Shown piece by piece: positions 1 through 13,204 of a DNA stretch of 64,000 nt. Each line of letters opens with the position of its first letter. The first letter of the stretch is position 1. This DNA comes from Moniliella sp. 'wahieum' (Eukaryota), in the NCBI GenBank assembly GCA_003971905.1, contig RSEE01000026.1, positions 310,001 to 374,000 on the forward strand. The letters are read 5' to 3'. Under the pieces are notes generated by a model. The model saw nothing but the letters and a program-made list of their open reading frames with translations. It was not told where the DNA came from and ran no database searches. Both the position numbers and the translations under genes were made by a program.

Positions 1-560
1 AAGCATGGGCCCGCGCATTGGGATGGAAAACGCGATGGATCCCGGCCATGGAGGCTGGAGGGCAGGGACATGGGTCTGCACATGGGCATGGGCGCTAACG
101 ATGACCTACCTTTGATTGATGAAATGCCCCCATTGGACAATATGCCGTCTATTAATACGGGCACGTCATTTCCGTCGCGTATACCAAAAGGAAGCGGGTT
201 GCTAACATTGTGATCTTCACAGGCCAACCCTTATTCTTGAACGACATGCCTCCTCTCGAGGACGGCCCACTGATCATGGGGGGGGATGCTAGCGTACGTT
301 GTTTTAACCGCTCCACCGCTCTCTCAGGTCCGTATCTAACGTGTTCCTTCTCCCCTCAGATGAACTCTACAAGTGAAATGGGCGTTGGCCGAGACTCGGG
401 CTCGACAGGGCATTCGTGGGATCGGGCCTTGCCCTGGAATATGCCCGATATGTTCGAAAGGTACGGAGCCGAAGTGCCCAATTCATTGACTGGGACACCA
501 ACTGCGTACGTATATACCGTCACTACTTTTGTTTCCATTTCCAGCGCACTAATCAGGGAG
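1..560 (+). CDS. Partial intron-containing gene of unknown function (extends beyond the left edge; 3' end uncertain)
   Basis: Exons join in frame across putative introns 161-222 (GC-AG, branch GCTAAC) and 294-359 (GTACGT..CTAAC..CAG), giving ...DEMPPLDNMPSINTG|QPLFLNDMPPLEDGPLIMGGDAS|MNSTSE... Confidence 0.4.
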
Positions 561-1544
561 CTGCTCATCAACAGAGATAAGTCCACCAGCCGGATGCCTT
601 GGATAGGATCGCACTCCCAACCTTCGCCTTACCTTTTGACGGACCCAACTTCAATGATACCCAGGAGGTATCGGTGCTGGGTAGGTCTGACTCTTGACTC
701 TTTTCTAATTACTGCTTGTCTACATAACTGACCTTCACCTTTATAGGTCCGCAAGGTACCGAAGTGTCCCCCAACCACGATCCCGCAGGGCAAATCAACA
801 CACAAATCCGGCAAGCGCAGCATGCTGCAGTGGAAGGAGACAATTTTGTTCGCTACGTGCTTGCCGTCGCACGTTCACTCCCGGCACCTCCCCCGCACCA
901 GCGACTGAGAGCAAGACCGCTCGTTGTTCTTCAGTGATGTAGCACCCGTTTCCGAGACGAGTCCTGCGGTGGCCGCACAAGCCTTTTACCACGTTCTTGC
1001 TCTCATTTCCGCGCGCAAGATGACGGTACAGCAAAGAGAGCCCTATGCTGAGCTTGTTCTCTCCCTCTCAGACCCGGACATGTCCCCCTCGCCTGAAGCG
1101 ACCGGGCGGCGCGGACCAACAGCCTCACCTCCCCCCGCACACGCGCGACCAATTCCGGTTCACATTCTCATCGTTCGCAATCTGGCACATCGGGATCCGG
1201 GCGGGGGACGCACTCGCGTGATAACTCCTTCTCTGCCTACCTCACTCCCCTCACCTGGGGCAGTGGTGTAAGCCGCGCCCGCCATTCCTTAATTTGCACC
1301 CTCCTACCTGCCCTTTCCGTTTTCCTCTCCTGGTTTAATTAGTCTTCGCCCCGAGTGGGCGCCTACGTTACATGTTTCGTCTAAGTGCACTCGGTCGATA
1401 CTCACTTGTCCTACATGATTAATTTACTTTAGTTACCGTCCGTCTCTGTTATCACGTCAATGGTTTCCAGAGAAGGGATCCCCGCTCTGTGAGTCACAGC
1501 ATGGGCGTGGCATGGATTGCAGGAGGATAGGAACCTCAAGCCAT

Positions 1545-2642
<1,098 letters not shown>

Positions 2643-2941
2643 GTCGGACGGAGGCGCAGGGACTGGCAAAGGCGAAGGAGAGGGAGGGGAGGGTGGTGGG
2701 CTCGTGCACCGAGTCAGGGCAGAGGGATGGTGCCATAGCTCTCTTTTCCCGTAGTTGCACGCCCTCCGCTTCTCCCCTTTTTCCACCGGAGAAAACGCGG
2801 CCGCGATGTCCGCCCCGCTGAAATTTCATACCCCGTTCCGCCGCGCCCCCGCCCTCCTCGCCGCGATTCCGCCTTCTCCTTCGAAGTTTTGGCGGCGGAA
2901 GCATTGGCCAGGCGACCGTCAACCACAGTCCATCCCCCAGC

Positions 2942-3459
2942 ATGGCTACCAAGTGGGTTCGCTTGATCGTGCCGGCCGGCAAGGCTTCGGCCCAGCCACC
3001 TGTAGGCCCCGTGCTCGGTTCCAATGGTGTCAAAGCCATTGACTTTGCCAAGCAGTTCAACGCCCGCACCGCCCACGTCCTGCCCGACATCCCCCTGCCC
3101 GTCAAGGTCTTCATTGCCCCCGACCGGACGTTTACGTTTGACATTAAGAGTGCGTTTTCTTCCTGTGTCTTTTCGTCTTTGCATAGACTTGATGATCCCC
3201 ACTGACACACACCCTCTGGTTTTTCCTCTTGTAGCACCTCAAACCTCCTGGCTGATCAAGAAAGCGGCTGGGATCGAAAAGGGATCTTCCCGCCCCGGTT
3301 CGGATTGCTGGCACAGTTAGCATGAAGCAGATCTACCACATTGCTGAGATCAAGTTGGCTGGCGTTGAAGGCGCCAAGAAAACCAACTTGACGCTGGAGG
3401 CTATGGCGCGTTGCGTCGCTGGCTCGTGCAGGTCCATGGGAATAAAGATTGTCGAATGA
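2942..3459 (+). CDS. MRPL19: Mitochondrial ribosomal protein uL11m
   Basis: [38 protein letters not shown]; intron about 3150-3234; C-terminal IYHIAEIK...[14 protein letters not shown]. Confidence 0.9.
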
Positions 3460-3712
3460 TTCCCCTCCACCAGGGCCTCTACCTGCGATGCATATCCTCC
3501 ATGTCGGTCACGATGTAAAGTGCATGTATCGGGAATAGGGAAGGGGTCTATGTGTCTAGAAGAGGAAGGCATCCCTCAGGAGATTGGCATGGCAGTCGTA
3601 GTACAGCAGAGACCCTGGGCGTTCATGCCACCACCGACAAACGCGTTCAAAGCGCTGGTGTTAAGATGTAGCAATGTGCAACAAGAACAAGCCAATGCAA
3701 GGCTGAGATGAG

Positions 3713-4622
3713 TTATGAGCGGTCGGGAAGAAGCGACGTGCGTTCAGTAGGCTCTCCTGGGCTCGCCTCTTCGTCAGACGCGGCAAAGCCGGGGGGCTTC
3801 TTATCGTAAGTAGCCCATTGGGTAATAAGAATGCCGTCCATCCCGAGCGCAATAAGCGCAATTCCACTGAATGCGCAAAAGCGAGGCCCAAAAGTTAGCG
3901 TAGGTTCCAAGAGAGTGAAATCAAGACATACAGCTTGGCAGGATGGCCAGTGATGCCACTCCAATCGCCCTCGATGAAAGCATCGAGTACGAGTTGAGCA
4001 AGCGACAGCAGGCCTCCGCCCAGATCGGCAAACAGGTTTTCAACACGGTAACCGATCGTCGACTTGCGCTTGTAATTGAGCGCGACTTGGGGGATGTACT
4101 TGATGAGGGTAATGATGAGCTTGACAAAAAAGAGAAGTTGACATAGTCCAGCCAGCTCCACCACTGTTCGGCGCTTGTGCCCGTAGCCAGTAATCCACCC
4201 ACTGCACCCACCCCCAGAACAGTTAACAGGAGAATTGTCGATCGGGACACGGGGTTGGCTGTCTGGCGGAAGGCGACTGCCTGGCCCAACTGGGCCAAGG
4301 CACAGAGGAGGCCCAAGCCGCGAACGCTGCATCATTCCACCGGGCCAAAGGGAGGAAGCCGTTGTGCCGCTCGTATTCGCGGCGGACGGTGGTGTTGACC
4401 AGAAGCGCCAGTGTGGCAGACAAGTACGCCACAAAGCCAGTCACGTTGAGAAAGATAAAGTCGCTGCTGACGCCAGCCACGCTTTTGGTGCGTTGGCTGT
4501 GGAGGATTTGGGGCACAAACGACACGGCCCAGAGCGTCACATATCCCCAGCCGAGGGCACGAGAGAGCCACTCGGCAGCGGCACGTCCGCCCCCGAGCAG
4601 TTTCGGTTACGAGGACATCCAT
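3713..4622 (-). CDS. Cystinosin/ERS1-like PQ-loop vacuolar cystine transporter, copy 1
   Basis: Two PQ loops (WAVSFVPQIL, IKYIPQVALNYKRKSTIG), GGLLSLAQL, DGILITQW; intron about 3869-3929; C-terminal acidic dileucine EPTERTSLL. Confidence 0.88.
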
Positions 4623-4976
4623 GGGCGCGGGGAATATGGCGACGGCGGTGACGGTGGGTGTCAACCTCGAAGCTTGAAGCTGCGAAAGGGGAGCCCCCTA
4701 TAAAAAAGGCGTTGTGGGCGCTCGAGGGCCGCGGCGAAACGAGGACTGCGTCGAGTCGCTGATAACTGGGTGGGCCGCTTCAGGCTGCAATCGACAAACG
4801 GCGTGACTGGTGACCGCGTGGCCGGTCGATGGCGTCATTCATCGTACGCCGCCCGGCACGTGACTGCTCACTTGCAACGTTCAAGTGGCCTTAGCCGCCC
4901 GCGGTCGTCCGCTCTGGCTCCGCCCCCAGCATTTGCCTCCACCAACCGCGGCTCATCGATCACCTCTGCTTTCGTC

Positions 4977-6545
4977 ATGCTCTACCAGCCGCTGGCCAAG
5001 AGCCAGATCGAGTGGCAGGCGAGCCTGGACCCGCTTGAAATGGATGTATTCCCCGGAAATATCCGCAAGACGTCCATCATTGCCACTGTCGGCCCCGCCG
5101 TTGATTCAGTCGACGCCCTGGCGGCGCTCCGACAGAACGGCATGAACATTGTCCGCATCAACGCCTCCCATGGCCAGCATTCCGACTTTGTCCGCCACAT
5201 TGACAACATCCGCGCTGCCGAGGCTCGACAACAAGGTCGCCCGCTTGCCATTGCTTTGGATCTACGTGGCCCTGAGATCCGCACGGGGATGATGCGCAAT
5301 GGCGACGTCCCCATCCTTCGCGGCCACGAACTTTCTCACTACCGACCCCAGCTTCTCCCACGCCGGCACGGCCGAGCGCATTTTCATTGACTACCCTTCC
5401 CTTACCCAGGTTATGCAGGTGGGGGACGTCGTTTACGTCGACCATGGCGCCCTGGCACTCCAGATCACAGCCCGTACTTCCCCAACCGAGGTGCGGGTGC
5501 GTGCGCTGAATCGTGGCGTGCTGGGCAGCCACAAGGGGGTGGCGCTTCCCTTTGTCGAAGTGGACCTTCCTGTTTGGAGCGATCGGGACCAGGAAGATAT
5601 CCAGTTTGCGGTCGACCATGATCTAGATATGATCTTTGCTTCCTTTGTCCGCCGCGCTCAGGACATTCGTGATTTGCGTGACAGCCTGGGTAGCAAGGGT
5701 GCACACATCAAGATTGTGGCCAAGATCGAGACGTATCAAAGTGTGGTAAACTTTGACTCAATTCTCAAGGAAGCGATGGCATCTTGGTTGCCCGCGGGGA
5801 CCTGGGCATTGAAATTCGTGCGCCGCAAGTGTTCCAGTGCCAAAAGATGATGATCGCCAAATGCGCGATCGCTGGCAAGCCCAGCATCTGTGCCACACAG
5901 ATGCTGGAGAGTATGATTGACAACAACCGCCCCACCCGCGCTGAGGTGAGTGATGTGGCAAACGCGGTATTGGATGGGGTTGACTGCCTCATGCTTTCGG
6001 GCGAAACCGCGGCCGGGGCGTACCCAAGCGAGGCGGTGGAGATGATGGCCGAGACGGCATACTTGGCCGAGCAGAGCATTGCCTACACTGCACTTTTTTC
6101 GGAGTTGCGGCAAATGGTACATACGCCTACCTTTACCGAAGAGACGATGGCCATGGCGGCCGTCGCTGCATCACTAGAGCAACAGGCCGGGGCTATTCTG
6201 CTCATGTCTACTTCGGGCAATACAGCGCGCTTGGTGAGTAAGTACAGACCATCCTGTCCCATTTTGGTGGTCACTCGCAATGCCCAGACAGCCCGTTCGG
6301 TGCACCTTTATCGCGGCTGTTACCCGTTTTACTACGACGCGATCCGACCTTCGACGACCGATAAGTGGCAAGAAGATGTGGACAATCGGATCAAGTTTGG
6401 CATCATCTCGGGCTTAGATTCCAACATTATCGATCGAGGTGATACTATCATTGCTCTCCAAGGCTGGCGAGCCGGGCAGGGCGCCACGAACAGCATGCGG
6501 ATCTTGTCCGTACCACATGCCAGCGGTGGCCTCTTGGACCCATGA
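4977..6545 (+). CDS. PYK1: Pyruvate kinase
   Basis: [75 protein letters not shown]. Confidence 0.95.
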
Positions 6546-6878
6546 TCCCACTCATTCCAATCGCTATGCGCTACCCTCACTCCCCCTCTCGCCAAACGCC
6601 AAACGCCATTGCAGACCATCGATTTCCCCCTGGCTCCTGTCTGCATGCTTGATGTGACCATGAGGGTTAAGAAAGGCCACAGTTGAAAGCGTAGTATAGT
6701 ACAATGGGTACAGCGTGAGGAAAAAGGCTGCATACGGACTAACCAGAAAGAGTCATTCGCCATATAGGAAAGTTAAGCCTTGAAGCTATTAGGGCCGGTG
6801 CTTGATCTGAAGTGGGAATGAAGTGGGAACTGAACTTGAAGCTGAATGTTGCTTCCTTCTGGGCGTATTTTGGGGAGG

Positions 6879-7849
6879 CTACCCGGAAAGAAGCGTCGTC
6901 CGTTCTGAAGGTTCTTCTGCTTGCCGATCGTACCAGCTTGCCTCCTCCTCGTCTCGCGGAGGTGCAGAATCTTGTTCCTCAGACGTCTCAGGAACCTTGT
7001 CGTAGTGCGCCCATTGGAGGATGAGAATGCCGTCCATAAAAAGTGTAATAACACCAGTACCCCTGGTAGCATATGCTAGGTCAGTGCGCGCTCCATAGGC
7101 AAGAGAAAAAAAAATGCGAAAGAGTACGCACAATTTGGCAGGGTTGCCTACCACGCCACTCCAGTCACCTGTAATGGCAGCATCAAGGAAGAGTTGAAGC
7201 AAAGACAAAATGCCACCGACAAAGTCGGAGCCAACGTTGGCAACATGGTAACCCTCGGTGGACTGGCGGCGGTAGTTGAGCAAGACTTGGGGCATATATT
7301 TGATGAGGGTAATGTATGACTTGAGGAAGCCCATGTAATCCACGTACCCCAACCAGGTCCAATAGCGCTCCGCGCTGACCGGGGTGATCAGCGCACCGAG
7401 CACCAGGGTAGCTACCATGACCACCAGCATTACCAGTGCTGGCTGCGACACACGGTTCGCCGTCGAGCGGAACATCCAGGCCTGGGCCAGTTGAACCAAC
7501 GCGCACAGCCAGGCCCAAACAGCGAAGACCGCGTCATTCCAACGTGCAATCGGTAGATGGCCATCGTGGTGCTCCGCATACTCGCGCCGCACAATCGGGC
7601 TCTCAAGAAGCGCAACGGTTGCGATAAATAGCAGGCGAACGCCACCACATTGAGCCACAAGTAATCGCTGCTCACGCCAGCCATGTCCCGCCGGCGGTGG
7701 CTGTGGACAATTTGTGGCACAAACGACACTGCCCAGAGCGAAACGTACCCCCAGCCGAGTGCACGGGAGAGCCACTCAGCGGCCGTAGGGCCAGTGGTAG
7801 TGGCAGCAACAGCAGCAGCTGATTTGGCGAAAAGAGAGGCGTTATCCAT
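6879..7849 (-). CDS. Cystinosin/ERS1-like PQ-loop transporter, copy 2
   Basis: WAVSFVPQIV, IKYMPQVLLNYRRQSTEG, GGILSLLQL, DGILILQW; intron about 7064-7131 at the same position as in copy 1; C-terminal EPSERTTLL. Confidence 0.88.
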
Positions 7850-8611
7850 GGCGACGAGGGAAAGCGGGGGGGAGATGGTGGAGGTGTGGATCGGGTTGGA
7901 GAAGAAATATTGGCCCGCACCCGAGTGCCCCGCGTCCATCCGGGCGAACCGCAGCGAGGTGCGCGGTGCGGGGAGGCGGGTCTTTGATTCACATCAAATC
8001 TCCGCACACCGGCCCACTGCCGCTAATAGCCGGTCTTGATACGGTGAGATACTGATGCATGATGCAAGAAGCGAGGATGAGCGCGAGCGTGGAAGCTAAC
8101 AAAGCCAGGTGGTAGTATAGCCCTGCTGAGCCTGAGGCCCAAGCCCTCCTCACGTGTCACAACGTGTCGCACCGTCAAGGCTTCAAGCTTCAGCCATTCC
8201 GTGTCGCTGAAAACCTCCGCCCTCCACACCATCGGGTGTGCTACTAGTTGCAGGTATAATGATTGTCGACAGTACCCACACCCATCGCCTATAATGCTCT
8301 TCAGGCTTTGAAGTCCATCTACGGTATTAGTTACCCAGCAAGACCGATGGTGGAGAGATGTGGATATTTTCACGACAGTGCGTTGTTGAACGAGCCAGAG
8401 TACAGATGTTGAAAACGTAACAAAAGCGGGATGCGAAGTACATGGGGGAAGGGGAAGTGAGTGCCAATGTGAGAGGAATAGGGCACGTGGGGCCATGCGT
8501 TGAGCAAGTCCCAAGTTCGGCCACTGTGTTGAAGTAGCCTCATAATATCATGCATGTGAGAGGGAGAGGGAGGGAGGGAAGAATGAGAAGGGTAAGCCAA
8601 ACAGGAACGTT

Positions 8612-11001
8612 TTAGTTCTTGTTGGCGAACAGAGCACGAGCCTCCTTGGCAGCCGTGACCATGTTGGCCAGTTGCGCCTCGCACTCGGGCCAAGTACGCG
8701 TCTTGAGCCCACAGTCGGGGTTGACCCAGAGCTGCTCAGGCGACAGGAAAAGAGCGTTTTCCTTGATGCGCTGCAGCATCTCCTCCTTGGTCGGGACACG
8801 AGGCGAGTGGATGTCAAACACGCCAGGGCCAATCTCGTTGGGGTAGTGGATCGACTTCCAGACGTTGAGGTACTTGGCACCAGCCTTGGCGTTCTCAATC
8901 GAGAGCATGTCGGCGTCCAGGTCAATCATCGCCTGCATCACCGCCGGGTTGGCAAAGTCCGAGTAGAGAAGTGCGACGCGGTGTTGACATCGTCGTCAGC
9001 CACAGCCGTTGCCAGCTTGAACGAGTCAACTGCCCAGCGGAGGTAGGCCTGCCAGTCGGCATGGCGGAGTGGGAGACCCTCACGGATGGCAGGCTCGTCG
9101 ACCTGGATGGCCTTGATGCCCGCCTTTTGCAGGTCGGCCACCTCGTCACGCAGCGCGAGCGCAATTTGCAGCGCTTGCACATCCTTGCCCACATCGGCAC
9201 GAGGGAAGACCAGTTGAGGATGGTAACGGGGCCAGTAAGCATACCCTTCATCGTCTTCTTGGTCACGCTCTGGGCAAAGACCGACCAGCGGACCGTCATG
9301 GCCTTGGGGCGCGACACATCGCCCACAACGATGGGCGGACGGACGTAGCGCGAACCGAAGCTGCACCCAGCCATTCTGCGTGAAGGCAAAGCCGTCAAGC
9401 AGCTCCCCAAAGTACTGGACCATGTCGTTGCGCTCAGGCTCACCGTGGACCAGCACGTCAAGACCAAGCTTCTCCTGGCGCTCGACCACATCCTTGATCT
9501 CGTTCTCAAGGAACTGGTCGTACTGCTCCTGGCTCACCTCGCCCTTGTTGAACTTGGCACGCACCTGGCGAATCTCCTTGGTCTGGGGGAAAGAGCCGAT
9601 GGTGGTGGTGGGGAAGGGGGAGGTTGAGATGCTTCTTCTGCAACGCGGCACGGTAGTGAAGGGCGACTTGCGCTCCAAATCAGAGGGCTTAATGGCGGCC
9701 AGGCGCTCGCGCACAGCAGGGTCCGAATTCTTCTCGTAGTCACGACGGCCTTGATCGAGGTGGCATTCTTGGCCAACGCAGCCTCGGCTTCCTTGGGGTT
9801 GGCAAGAGCCTGTGCAAGGGTAGCAACCTCAGCAGCCTTCTCAGTGGCGAAAGAGAACCAGTCCAGCACCTCAGGAGAAAGCTTCTTCTCGTTGGCAATG
9901 GTAATGGGAGTGTGCAGGAGCGACGACGAGCTGGCGACGGCGACACGGTCAGCGCCAAGCTTCTCCACAGCGTACTTGGCCTTCTCGAGCGCAGCGGCCA
10001 GATCGGTCTTCCAGATGTTACGGCCCGAAACAAGACCAAGCGAGAGAGCGATCTTGGTAGGCGCGACAGCCTCAACGATGGGCTCCAGCTGCTGGGGAGC
10101 GCGGTCGAGGTCAATGTGGAGACCAGCAATGGGGAGGTCCTTGACAAAGCTGATGTTGGAGTCGAGGCGGCCGAAGTAGGTGGTGAGCGTCAGGGCGACG
10201 TTGGGCGCAGCCTTGTTGAGCGCAGTGTACACCTGCTTGAACTCGTCGGCGAGGGCAGCAGCATCGTCAGTGACGAGCACAGGCTCGTCAATCTGAACCG
10301 AAGAAGCGCCAGCCGCGCCCAGCTTCTGGAGAAGCTCGGCGTAAACAGGGACCAGCTTAGGGAGAAGGCTGAGGGGCTTGAAATCTTCCGGGGCACCCTT
10401 ACCGGCCTTGCCGAGGTAAAGGAAAGTGATGGGGCCAAGAAGAACGGGACGGGCATTGTACCCAGCCTCCTTCGCCTCAACAAAGTCGTTAACCGGCTTG
10501 AGATCGTTCAACTTGAAGTCGGTTGAAGGAGTGAACTCAGGCACAAGGTAGTGGTAGTTGCTGTCAAACCACTTGCGCATCTCGGTGGCCGGAAGATCAA
10601 CACCATCCTTTTGGTGGCCACGGGCCAGCGCAAAGTAGGTGTCGAGCGAGTTGAGACCCGACTTGGCGTACGCCTCGGGGATCACGTTGAAGACGAGCGA
10701 GTTGTCAAGGACGTGGTCGTAAAGCGAGAAGGTACCCGTGGGGATCAAGTCCACGCCCTGGTTCTTGATGATCTCGTAGGTCAGGAGACGCTGCTGCTTG
10801 GCAACCTGGAGCAACTCCTCGACATTTGTCTTGCCACTCCAGAAGGCCTCGAGAGCCTTCTTGACCTCGCGCTGCGGGCCGATGCGGGGGAAACCGAGAA
10901 CAGTAGAAGTGCTGGGACATTGCGAGGGAGGTCAGTCCATGGGCTCAGGAGCTTGCAATGAGGGAAGGGAGAGGGTAGGGAAGGAGCGCGACGTACACCA
11001 T
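8612..11001 (-). CDS. MET6: Cobalamin-independent methionine synthase
   Basis: 5-nt first exon plus intron (about 10912-10996) giving [78 protein letters not shown]. Confidence 0.96.
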
Positions 11002-11440
11002 GCTGCAGACGCGGAAGAATGGTTGGTGGAAGGAGCAGGACAGCCACGTGGGGCCAGGCTTATATAGCCTGGTCTACTCCGTTCGCAAGCCCGAGAAGAC
11101 GCGGAAAAGAGCGGCGGACAAAAGGGCGCTGCTGGCGCCGTGCGGGGGATAGGCAAAATGGCAGAGGACACTGGCGCAGTGCGAGTACACGTGCGCGGCG
11201 GGAGGGCTTCTCCGGCAGCCGCTGCTTATATCGCCCAGCACAACGCCAGTGTCCTGTGCAGCACGCCATGGAACTGATTATCGCTTGTCGGTCGTAGCAG
11301 TACCCGGCATCACCCATCGCTCACCGCATTCCGCTTGCCCCGCTCGGGGCACTTTTCGGCCCTGGAGCTCTGGAGGACCAAAAAAGTCGCCGCTGCCACA
11401 GGGTGCGACACGTTTTCGGCTTCCCAGCGCCTCAAATCGA

Positions 11441-11475
11441 TGACGCGTGACGCGTGACGCGTGACGCGTGACGCG
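11441..11475. repeat. (TGACGCG)5 perfect tandem repeat upstream of MET6
   Basis: Five exact copies read directly from the sequence. Confidence 0.95.
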
Positions 11476-11803
11476 CGATGGCGGCCTTGGAGGTCATCGA
11501 TCTCCAGCATCGGCCTCTTCAACATGCATTTCGGTTTTTGGAGCACCCACAAGTTGATCCAGGTGTGCCCTTCATCTAATGGAGTGGATCCGTACCCCAG
11601 CTGGAGACTGGCTCGCTTGTATCATTCATTGTGCTCACTTTTGCCCACCACCACCTCCCGGAACCGCCTGGGGATAAGCAAGTCACCACGGGGCCTGGCT
11701 GTGGAACCGATACTCAAAAGGCACAAGCGAAAAAACAGAAGAACTCCTAGGCCCGAGGATCGATTGAAGAGACTGGGGCGCCAAACGCGCGAGACATCCT
11801 GTG

Positions 11804-12043
11804 TGTTGGCCTAGGGAGCCGGACGGGCAGAAGGATGAGGAGAAGGTGATGGATTGGAGCCAGAGTTGGGTCTGGGTACAGAGGCATCTATATAGGAGGC
11901 TGGACTAGGCACAGGGACAGTGAGTCACACAGGAGAGAGTGCAGGGCACAGGGACAGTGACACGCAGGGACGTCAGCGTGGAAGCCGATGGAACCGAGGC
12001 GAACCTGGTCTACCGACTGGGAGCCAGAGGATCACAGTCAACA
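11804..12043 (-). repeat. LTR (3' LTR in the inferred minus orientation)
   Basis: Matches 12965-13204 with no difference found by eye; central CTATATAG TATA-like element. Confidence 0.93.
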
Positions 12044-12765
12044 CCCCCGCTGGCCAGGGAACCCGGAGACATCGGTTGTGGGATGAGCTCCTGCCAGTGG
12101 ATGTAGAGAGGGAGGACTTGAGTGGCAACCGGGACGAATGGCCTGGAGTTGTGCATGGCCACACGACTGGCCTACACCCCCGCTGTCCAGGATGACACCT
12201 GAACGAGCCGAGCGCTTGTGGTTGGTGTATTGTGCGACCGCCAGATGCTTGTAGAAGTCTTAGAAGTAAAAGTAGTAGGGGTTGCGCCCCGAAGCGATTT
12301 GGTGGGCAAAAGTAAAAAGCACCAGTTATAGGTGTAGTGAAAGAAAATTGGAAACTTGGAGTAAATGCGGTCCAAGGTCGTTTGGCATCAAAATTGGATG
12401 CGTTTGGTAGTTGTTTGGTTCCGCATGCCTGGTGCCAGTGGGGTCCATTGGGCATGGGAAATGAACGGGCGCTATGCGTCAACCGTCTTGATCTGTTTGG
12501 GTTCTCTTTGTTGTTGAAAAAGAGGAGTGGAAGAAGTTGGGTGACCACCCCCCCCCATCCTTTCCCCAGGTGCCCCGGATGAATTGGCAATCCGGGGCGT
12601 GTAGCCGTGGGTGGGGCACTTGATGAGCAGCCACCCCCCGCTTTCTGCGATTCGCCTGCGCCGTTTTGTCGTTGGAGGAATTTCGTCTCGTTGACGATAC
12701 CCGACACGTTTTGTTCCGTCGTGTGTTGTCCCTAAAAATCATTGCCCCATCTGGGGGGACGAGTG

Positions 12766-12841
12766 TGCCGATTGTGGCGGTAGTATGCCGATTGTGGCGG
12801 GTAGTATGCCGATTGTGGCGGTAAGGTGCCGATTGTGGCGG
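12766..12841. repeat. Four copies of TGCCGATTGTGGCGG at about 20-bp period, inside the LTR element
   Basis: Copies at 12766, 12786, 12807 and 12827. Confidence 0.93.
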
Positions 12842-12964
12842 TGGTGTTGTTGGGCGGGAGGACGGGTGTGTCTTGTGGGCTTGGCGGCTTAGCTTGGGCT
12901 TGTAGGCTTGGGGGTGGGCTTGCTTGAAGAGCGCTCCCCTTCCGGGGGGATCAGATTGTAGCTC

Positions 12965-13204
12965 TGTTGGCCTAGGGAGCCGGACGGGCAGAAGGATGAG
13001 GAGAAGGTGATGGATTGGAGCCAGAGTTGGGTCTGGGTACAGAGGCATCTATATAGGAGGCTGGACTAGGCACAGGGACAGTGAGTCACACAGGAGAGAG
13101 TGCAGGGCACAGGGACAGTGACACGCAGGGACGTCAGCGTGGAAGCCGATGGAACCGAGGCGAACCTGGTCTACCGACTGGGAGCCAGAGGATCACAGTC
13201 AACA
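12965..13204 (-). repeat. LTR (5' LTR in the inferred minus orientation)
   Basis: Matches 11804-12043. Confidence 0.93.

Larger units (their letters stand above)
11804..13204 (-). mobile_element. Non-autonomous LTR retroelement (TRIM-like), 1401 bp
   Basis: Two 240-bp direct repeats (11804-12043, 12965-13204) with TGTTG...CAACA ends; 5-bp TSD CTGTG at 11799-11803 and 13205-13209; purine-rich AGCGGGGG abutting the 3' LTR on the minus strand; no gag/pol motifs in the 921-bp interior. Confidence 0.93.

Noticed and set aside
12766..12841. CRISPR-like repeat-spacer array
   Set aside because: Repeats are 15 bp with 5-6 bp near-identical spacers, the context is eukaryotic and no cas genes are present
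11973..13048. ORFs of 244 and 189 aa inside the LTR element as gag/pol
   Set aside because: No zinc knuckle, protease, RT or integrase motifs; both overlap the LTRs; likely incidental, though a profile search could not be run
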